From Candidatus Elulimicrobium sp. (GTDB lineage Bacteria; Patescibacteriota; Minisyncoccia; Moranbacterales; UBA9337): 41,128 bases of DNA. The DNA lies in the NCBI GenBank assembly GCA_020722485.1, contig DYKS01000002.1, positions 1 through 41,128 of the forward strand, in the 5' to 3' direction. The first letter of the stretch is position 1. Every line of letters starts with the position of its first letter. A program made the translations under genes and the position numbers. The notes beneath the pieces are model-generated. The model made no database searches and was not told the DNA's origin. It saw only the letters and a program-made list of their open reading frames with translations. Positions 35,484 through 41,128 of the stretch are shown one piece after another.

Positions 35484-35527
35484 AAAATTTTTGTCTTAAT
35501 GTTGAAATGTTAACAAATTAAAAATTT

Positions 35528-36085
35528 CTATGTTTTAGTAATTTCTCCCACCACCCGATCCACTTCTGAAAGCAGATAATTCAAATCCTTGTCGTTTTTA
35601 ATTATAAAATCGGCTTTTTGTCCGATTTCTGGCACATATTTTTCCGTTTCCACTTGTTCGGTTTCTTGAAATTTTTCAAAACTCATTTCATCGTCGGTTT
35701 TTTCTCCGCGATTTCGCACTCGTTCCCAACGAAGTTTTTGTGGAACATCCACAAAAATTATATAACTGTCGGTATAAGATTTGATAAAATGAAAATCTTC
35801 CCAAAAACGGATTCCGTTAACCAGCAAGATTCCATTACCATTGTCAATTCTTTTGCGGAGCGCGCGGGAAAGAATATCATCTCCGAAACGATTGCGAAAT
35901 TGTACCGCCAACCATTGCTGATCTTCTTTAGAAAATTTGTCAAAATAAATGGAAAGCGTTTCTTTTAAGGGATCGGCAAAACGCATCAGTTGCGCTTTGT
36001 ATTTTTCTTTAAGATAATTAGCCACCGTATCTTTTCCCGATCCGGTCGCCCCCACCAAACCGATTATTATCCTGTTTTTGGTCAT
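35528..36085 (-). CDS. P-loop nucleotide kinase resembling phage T4 gp1-type dNMP kinase (paralogue 2)
   Basis: IIGLVGATGSGKDTVANYL.......RFADPLKETL resembles the T4 gp1 N-terminus (SGKDT.A.......AGPIKDAL, recalled from memory). VNGIRFWEDF resembles DTRQDHE. The start is set at the ATG at 36085 because a promoter occupies the track ORF's first codons. Confidence 0.5.
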   Translation of the reverse strand: MTKNRIIIGLVGATGSGKDTVANYLKEKYKAQLMRFADPLKETLSIYFDKFSKEDQQWLAVQFRNRFGDDILSRALRKRIDNGNGILLVNGIRFWEDFHFIKSYTDSYIIFVDVPQKLRWERVRNRGEKTDDEMSFEKFQETEQVETEKYVPEIGQKADFIIKNDKDLNYLLSEVDRVVGEITKT

Positions 36086-36165
36086 TGTTTTGGTTTTTTC
36101 AGCGCGAATTTTACACGGCCGATTTTTTAAAATTTTAAAATTAGCGATAAGAAACAACAACCCTG

Positions 36166-36194
36166 ATTGTATGTTAAAACAAAAACAAAGTCAA
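36166..36194 (-). promoter_or_regulatory. Sigma-70 promoter of the deoxynucleotide operon (TTGACT-N17-TACAAT)
   Basis: The minus strand reads ttgact ttgtttttgttttaaca tacaat, about 80 nt upstream of the ATG at 36085. Confidence 0.5.
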
Positions 36195-36210
36195 TGTATT
36201 GTCTAAGTCA

Positions 36211-36281
36211 CTACATTCAAACATGAAAGCCCCTTTTTCCGCTAAACTAGAGCGTTAATCAATTAACGCTTATGAGTATGC
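36211..36281 (-). repeat. Promoter-proximal repeat R2 (minus strand core AAAAAGGGGCTTTcATGTTTGAATGTAG)
   Basis: Second copy of R1, in the same orientation and at similar spacing (39 nt) relative to the downstream -10. Includes an 8-bp-stem palindrome agcgttaa-tcaa-ttaacgct. Confidence 0.55.
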
Positions 36282-36337
36282 CGAAAATAAAAAAATTACC
36301 TTTCGTGAAAAAGAAAAATTAAAAACTGATTAAGATA

Positions 36338-37375
36338 TCATGCCGCCAAGACTAATTTTATCTCCGCGTCCATAAGCGCGCGACCGCGTTTTTCTTCTTC
36401 TCTTTTCAATAATTTCGCTTGAACCAAAATAAAAATATCGGGAAGTTTTTCCATTTTCTTTTCTTTGGGCGTTCCCTTTTTTCTAGCAATAAGCATCGCT
36501 GAATAATTTAAGTTAGATTTAATTCTTTCTCTTTTCAAAACGGCTTTAATATTTTTTAGTCTTTGTAGGTACGCGGAAACTTTTCGGCAATAATCTTTGG
36601 TTTCCGCCGGCCATTCTTTCCATGGTTTTTGCCAAATACCGTGTCCGGCATTGTAGGCGGCAATCAATTTTTCTTGCGCCGCCTCAAATTTTCCTTTTTT
36701 ATATTCTTTTTTGCCAATGCCGTAATTATCAAAAAGGTTAATGAAAAAAAGTTTTCCTAGCGCCCGACTGTAATTGGCGTTTTCTTTGGCAAGTTGTTTT
36801 ATTTTTTTAAGCAATTCGTCCGCTATTTCTCCTTTCGCGCCATATTCAATAATTCCCTCTCTTCCCAATTTCTCTAAATACCTATTCACGTCGCGAAACG
36901 CAATGTCCATCGTTTGCATAATTCCGAAAGCGCCCTTCCTTGATTCGGCTTGCGCGTCAAATCCGGATTCCTGAAGTTGAATAGCGATAAAAAAATCATC
37001 CATAAAAATTTTTTTTGGCCAAAAACGCTCTCCTTTAGTTTTTAAAATTTCATATTGAACAAGAAAGTTTTCTAATAAATTTCGAGCATTCTTTTCCAAA
37101 CGCTCATCTTCTTTCCGTTTTTCTTTTTCCGATAATTCTCCTTCCTTGCCTGAAAAAGACAATTTCTTTCCTGTTTCCGAACGATCGTTTCCTTTGTTTG
37201 ATTCCTTTCCATTTTCTTCGCTGGTTAATTTTTCTATGGTCTTTATCGCTCCCGCAACACCTAAAAGCGCGGTGGTGGACAATGATCCCGTTAAAAATTT
37301 TCTTCGGCTTTCATCGATTTCCTCTCTTTTTTTGTTTTCGCTTGCGCGCGGTTGAAACTCAAAATTCATTTTCAT
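36338..37375 (-). CDS. Secreted lytic transglycosylase (SLT domain) with twin-arginine-like signal peptide
   Basis: N-terminal SRRKFLTGSLSTTALLGVAGA. SLT motifs QESGFDAQAESRKGAFGIMQ (catalytic E-S, G-x-MQ) and AAYNAG. Confidence 0.7.
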   Translation of the reverse strand: MKMNFEFQPRASENKKREEIDESRRKFLTGSLSTTALLGVAGAIKTIEKLTSEENGKESNKGNDRSETGKKLSFSGKEGELSEKEKRKEDERLEKNARNLLENFLVQYEILKTKGERFWPKKIFMDDFFIAIQLQESGFDAQAESRKGAFGIMQTMDIAFRDVNRYLEKLGREGIIEYGAKGEIADELLKKIKQLAKENANYSRALGKLFFINLFDNYGIGKKEYKKGKFEAAQEKLIAAYNAGHGIWQKPWKEWPAETKDYCRKVSAYLQRLKNIKAVLKRERIKSNLNYSAMLIARKKGTPKEKKMEKLPDIFILVQAKLLKREEEKRGRALMDAEIKLVLAA

Positions 37376-37455
37376 ACCCGACTGACATTTTCAAAAGATT
37401 ATACTTATGTTATAATTAATTATAACATAGAATTTAAAAAAACTATCTTAAAAAA

Positions 37456-37911
37456 ATGAAAAATTGGCTTGTTTTCATTCAACCTTATCTTATTTTTTCA
37501 ATTCCTATTTTCATAGGAATCAGTACTCAGGTTATTAAATATATCCTTTATTCTTTCAAACACGGTTGGGATTTAAATTACGCGTTTACTCATGGGCATA
37601 TGCCTAGCGCCCACACCAGCTTTATCGTTTCTCTTTCCACTTGTGTCGGATATTATGAAGGAGTTAATAGCGGCGCTTTCGCAATTGCTATAGCGTTGTC
37701 AATTATCATCATTGATGACGCTGTTAGATTGCGAGTATATATGGGCGACCAAGGAAGATTTCTTAATATGCTTATCCGCCAACTTCCTATCGATAAGAAA
37801 AAGTTTCCCCGTTTCAAAGAAAGAGTGGGACATCGCGTTAGTGAAGTCATTATTGGAGGTATTTACGGATTTTCCGCGACTATGCTTATAATAAAGTTAT
37901 TAAGCATTTAA
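37456..37911 (+). CDS. Divergent PAP2 family membrane protein (DUF212 / acid phosphatase-vanadium haloperoxidase-related)
   Basis: 151 aa. GHMPSAHTSF and IIDDAVRLR..MG motifs, 4-5 TM. Confidence 0.75.
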   Translation: MKNWLVFIQPYLIFSIPIFIGISTQVIKYILYSFKHGWDLNYAFTHGHMPSAHTSFIVSLSTCVGYYEGVNSGAFAIAIALSIIIIDDAVRLRVYMGDQGRFLNMLIRQLPIDKKKFPRFKERVGHRVSEVIIGGIYGFSATMLIIKLLSI

Positions 37912-37991
37912 TCTTTTAAATTTTTAAATAAAGCATTAAATAAAGCAACCGCTTTTTTATATTTAATCTTTAATTATTTTTAAATTTCAAA

Positions 37992-39320
37992 TTAATAATT
38001 AGGTTCCAAAAAATTAAGCTCTTCCAAAATTACCTTTTTATCGTTCCAAGCAATCCTTTTGTTGCCAATCGCCATTGTTTCTTCGGCTCCTTTGCCAGTA
38101 ACAACGACAAAATCTCCTTCTTTAGCGATTTTTAAAGCTTTTTTTATTGCTTCGCGACGATCAAAAATTTTCCAAAAATTATCTCCTTCTTTTTTATTTT
38201 TAATGCCGCTAGCTACTTCCTCAATAATTTGCCACGGATCTTCGTGATAAGGATCCTCATTGGTTACAATTAAATAATCGGCATAACGAGAAACAATTTC
38301 TCCCATCAATGGTCTTTTCCCTCTGTCTCTTTCCCCGCAAGCGCCAAAAACGGCGATAATATTTTTGTTTTCACAATTTATTTTTTTTAACAAAGAATAT
38401 AATTTTTCCAGCGAATCCGGAGTAACCGCGTAATCAATGATAATATTCAATCCCTTGTCATTGAGAACATATTCTATTCGTCCCGAAACACCTTTAATTT
38501 TTTCCAACGCGCGCGCGGCAATGTCTAGATCGATTCCTTCCGCTTGAGCCACGCTGATCGCCGCTAAAGCGTTTTCCACATTAAATTCACCAAGCAAATT
38601 TAATTTAAATTTCGTCCATTCGCCACGGCGAGTAGATTGAATTTTGAATTCAGATTTTTTAATCCCTAAATTAATTTCTTCGGCAACTATTGTTTTGACA
38701 TTTGTTGTTTGATATTTGTTATCGTCTGAGATTTTAAATTTCAAATTTTGAGTTCTTACGCTGTATCCCCATTTTTCTTTCGCTCTCGCTTTCAAAAACT
38801 CTTCCGGTTTTTCCATATTCAAATTAACTACGATTTTCTTGGCTTCTTTGAACAATTTCAATTTTGCCCAACGATAATCATTCATTGTTCGATGATAATC
38901 CAAGTGCTCGCGCGTCACATTAGTGATCACGGCAATTTCCCAATTTATTCCCCAGACTCTGTTTTGATCCAAAGAATGAGATGAGACTTCCAAAATCAAA
39001 TAATCGCAACCTTCTTCTATCGCTTGTCGGATAAATTTCTGAACCGCGAAAGCGGATAAAGTGGTAAATTTAGTTTTGTTCACCCATTCTTTATCACCGA
39101 TTTTGAAATTGATAGTAGAAGCCAAAGCCGTTTTGTATCCCGCTTCTTCAAAAATTTTCGCAATCATTTGAACGGTAGTGGTTTTGCCATTGGTTCCCGT
39201 TACAGCAATTACTTTAATTTTTTTACCAGGAAATCCATAATAAAAATTAGCCACTAACGCTTGCGCTAAATGATAAATATTTTTTATTTTTTGAGGAAAA
39301 ATTTTTTTAATTAAGTTCAT
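37992..39320 (-). CDS. murE: Mur ligase family, MurE-type UDP-MurNAc-L-Ala-D-Glu:diamino-acid ligase
   Basis: IAVTGTNGKTTT, LILEVSSHSL, ITNVTREHLDYH, DYAVTPDSL and VFGACGERD.GKRP.MG. Confidence 0.8.
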   Translation of the reverse strand: MNLIKKIFPQKIKNIYHLAQALVANFYYGFPGKKIKVIAVTGTNGKTTTVQMIAKIFEEAGYKTALASTINFKIGDKEWVNKTKFTTLSAFAVQKFIRQAIEEGCDYLILEVSSHSLDQNRVWGINWEIAVITNVTREHLDYHRTMNDYRWAKLKLFKEAKKIVVNLNMEKPEEFLKARAKEKWGYSVRTQNLKFKISDDNKYQTTNVKTIVAEEINLGIKKSEFKIQSTRRGEWTKFKLNLLGEFNVENALAAISVAQAEGIDLDIAARALEKIKGVSGRIEYVLNDKGLNIIIDYAVTPDSLEKLYSLLKKINCENKNIIAVFGACGERDRGKRPLMGEIVSRYADYLIVTNEDPYHEDPWQIIEEVASGIKNKKEGDNFWKIFDRREAIKKALKIAKEGDFVVVTGKGAEETMAIGNKRIAWNDKKVILEELNFLEPNY

Positions 39321-39323
39321 AAG

Positions 39324-40385
39324 TCAAAACAAAATACTTTTTATTTTTCTCAGCGTTTGATAAATAAAATATTTTCGGCGATCAATAATCAAATCATAAC
39401 TACCCAAAAATTTAAGGGGTATAGCAAAACGAGAAAAACCCAATTTAAATCTTGTGATACCTTGCCAATCATTACTGATAGATTGAAGTTTAGAATTTAT
39501 TTTCACTCCTCCAAAATCATAAAAATCGCATCCGGCTTTCTTTGCGTCTTTTATCGCCTGCCATTGCAATAAATAAGTCGCCATCAAATTTTTGTATTTA
39601 TCGTCCGATGCCCCGTGCAAATAAATAGCTGTATCTATGTAAAAAATCATAATGTTGGCCGCAACTACTTTGCCTTGATATTCCGCCACATATAACTTAA
39701 TAATTTCTGGAGGAATAATTTCAAACATTTTTTGATAATAATTTTTCGGATGCGATTTAATCCCGTTTCTTTTCGAAGTGATTTTTACTAAACGCCAAAA
39801 TTCATTAAAATAAAATTCCTCTTCTTGAATATTCTTATCTTCTTTTATTTTATTTTTATCATTAGGATTTTTAGAATTTGAAAATTGTTTGGAAGCAGAA
39901 AACTGAAAATAGGAAATTACTTTTACTGAAACTCCTCGCCTTTGTGAAAGTTTGATATTGTATCTCGTTTTCGGTTTCATCTCTGCCAAAATTTCTTCCT
40001 CCGACCGAGAAATATCCAGGACAAAAATTTCCTTTGGCTGCATATCGTGCGGCGCTTTGACAATTTTATATCCAATATTTTTTTTTATAAAATTTAAAGT
40101 TTTTTCGTCTTCCGCGTCAAAACGAATCCATCCACTATTATTCTTCCGAGTCAAAACAAAAATTTCCGAAAAAATTTTTTTGACTTTATCATAATCATCG
40201 GAATTCAAAAAATTAAAATCCGGCCGCGGAATATAAAAATATTTTCCCGCTCCCAAAAGCTTATGTTCAATTATATTTAAACAAAAATTTTTATCTCTGA
40301 GAGAAAAAGTCTGTCGGCCAAAACTTTCTTGAAATTTTCGCCATTCTTCGGATTGTAAAAAATTTTTTCGAAAATAACTTTTCAT
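39324..40385 (-). CDS. FemAB/FemX-family peptidoglycan peptide-bridge aminoacyltransferase
   Basis: FLQSEEWRKFQ..FGR, KPKTRYNI and YLHGASDD...NLMATYLLQW.AI..AK..G...YDF.G. Confidence 0.8.
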   Translation of the reverse strand: MKSYFRKNFLQSEEWRKFQESFGRQTFSLRDKNFCLNIIEHKLLGAGKYFYIPRPDFNFLNSDDYDKVKKIFSEIFVLTRKNNSGWIRFDAEDEKTLNFIKKNIGYKIVKAPHDMQPKEIFVLDISRSEEEILAEMKPKTRYNIKLSQRRGVSVKVISYFQFSASKQFSNSKNPNDKNKIKEDKNIQEEEFYFNEFWRLVKITSKRNGIKSHPKNYYQKMFEIIPPEIIKLYVAEYQGKVVAANIMIFYIDTAIYLHGASDDKYKNLMATYLLQWQAIKDAKKAGCDFYDFGGVKINSKLQSISNDWQGITRFKLGFSRFAIPLKFLGSYDLIIDRRKYFIYQTLRKIKSILF

Positions 40386-40418
40386 ATTTCATATTTTCGC
40401 GCGCCGATTGTCTTGTTT

Positions 40419-40988
40419 TTATTTTCCGATATTTTTTAGCGCCATTTTTATTCGTTCGCTTACATCTTTTATATTTTTAGGAACGGATTTCAACGCTTCG
40501 CGCGCCTCAGAAACCGAATAACCCATACTTTGCAAAGCTTCAATCGCTTCACTGTCGGCTACCGCTTTTTCTTTGTCCGCGCTTGGCATTTCGGCAATTT
40601 TGTTTTTTAATTCCAAAATCACTCGGCTGGCGGTTTTTTTACCCACACCGGAAACGCGAGTCAAAACAGACGCGTCTTCATTAAGCACAGCCGTTTGAAT
40701 CGTTTTTGGTTCCGCGATAGATAAAATTCCCAATGCCGCTTTTGGTCCGATACCGGAAACAGAAATTAAAAGTTCAAACATTTCTTTTTCTTCCAAATCC
40801 AAAAATCCATACAAAGCCAATATATCTTCGCGAACATAAGTGTAAATATGTAAATTTATATCCTTTTTGCTAGCCAACTTGCCGAAAGTATAATCGGTAA
40901 CGAAAATTTTATATCCTACTCCATTTACATCCACTACCGCATAATTATCGCGCAAATATTCAATTTTCCCTTTTATTTTGGCAATCAT
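40419..40988 (-). CDS. ruvA: Holliday junction branch-migration complex subunit RuvA
   Basis: MIAKIKGKI.........VDVNGVGY.I, two HhH motifs (GIGPK.A..IL; VSGVGKKTA.R...EL) and a C-terminal domain III. Confidence 0.95.
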   Translation of the reverse strand: MIAKIKGKIEYLRDNYAVVDVNGVGYKIFVTDYTFGKLASKKDINLHIYTYVREDILALYGFLDLEEKEMFELLISVSGIGPKAALGILSIAEPKTIQTAVLNEDASVLTRVSGVGKKTASRVILELKNKIAEMPSADKEKAVADSEAIEALQSMGYSVSEAREALKSVPKNIKDVSERIKMALKNIGK

Positions 40989-41078
40989 TTTGATAATTTT
41001 AATTGATTTTAAACTTTAAATATTATACTTTAAATAATAAAACTTCTGTAACATTTCAGTATTTAATAATTTACCCTT

Positions 41079-41108
41079 ATTGTATTTTAGTATGCGTATG
41101 ATTGTCAA
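41079..41108 (-). promoter_or_regulatory. Candidate sigma-70 promoter upstream of ruvA (TTGACA-N18-TACAAT)
   Basis: The minus strand reads ttgaca atcatacgcatactaaaa tacaat, about 90 nt upstream of the ruvA ATG. Confidence 0.3.
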
Positions 41109-41128
41109 AAAATAAAAGCAATAATTTT

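Noticed and set aside
35618-35968. A 116-aa plus-strand ORF opposite the dNMP-kinase-like gene. Similar shadow ORFs lie opposite leuS (25434-25957, 27268-27568), VanW (12599-13148) and the SLT gene (36774-37419).
   Set aside because: Each lies inside a better-supported gene on the other strand, and their compositions are Phe/Ile/Ser-rich and nonsense-like.
36086-36160. An N-terminal extension of the kinase ORF (MLFLIANFKILKNRPCKIRAEKTKT).
   Set aside because: A consensus TTGACT-N17-TACAAT promoter ends at 36166, so transcription would start at or after the proposed start codon. The P-loop-proximal ATG at 36085 gives a normal N-terminus. Comparable extensions were rejected for mpg (2876-2959), yjbQ (23004-23048, TTG, containing the palindrome), the YvcK-like gene (25198-25218, TTG), uppP (20116-20130, TTG), tsaD (GTG 6543) and valS (TTG 7826).
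31953-36194. The idea that the deoxynucleotide operon is a prophage or integrated-element remnant.
   Set aside because: There are no integrase, structural, terminase or att-like direct repeats. Base composition and codon style look the same as in flanking housekeeping genes. The operon sits between gatB and cell-wall genes without obvious boundaries. Only the gene content is phage-like.
1-41128. Alternative genetic code (UGA or UAG reassignment, as in some candidate phyla).
   Set aside because: All conserved proteins are recovered full length with the standard code. TGA is used as a genuine stop, for example at the VanW gene at 13524-13526, which is followed directly by a tRNA cluster.

Overview
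A 41.1-kb AT-rich window (roughly 30% GC by eye) that is densely coding. It reads cleanly with the standard bacterial code: TAA and TGA both act as stops and no recoding is needed. Small lysine-rich proteins, 1-17 nt gene overlaps, weak Shine-Dalgarno signals and the gene mix suggest a reduced-genome Patescibacteria/CPR-type bacterium; that assignment is inference. I support about 36 CDS. They cover DNA repair (recG, mpg, ruvA), translation (valS, leuS, gatB), tRNA modification (tsaD, miaB-miaA, an Elp3 homologue with a Trm9-like methyltransferase) and cell envelope functions (GT4, uppP, VanW, SLT, divergent PAP2, murE-type ligase, FemAB). There is also a GH1/transporter/GH cluster, one-carbon metabolism (folD), and a compact pyrimidine deoxynucleotide operon: two dNMP-kinase-like genes, dCMP deaminase, a tandem ThyX, tmk-like and MazG-like. 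Four tRNA genes are present (Glu-UUC, Lys-CUU, Arg-UCU, Asn-GUU). No CRISPR array, rRNA, integrase or transposase is visible. The observations most worth following up are: (1) the divergent bacterial Elp3 / Trm9-like methyltransferase pair, which predicts a eukaryote/archaea-style (m)cm5U34 wobble pathway; (2) a MITE-like repeat family with a GC-rich hairpin core, found in four intergenic copies plus an apparent in-frame copy inside recG; (3) an internally duplicated ThyX-like protein whose two halves have complementary motif loss, set in a phage-like dNTP supply operon; (4) truncated, compositionally odd gene fragments next to tRNA genes; (5) a second short repeat shared by two promoter-proximal regions. 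All product calls rest on motif recognition by eye. No database search was run.
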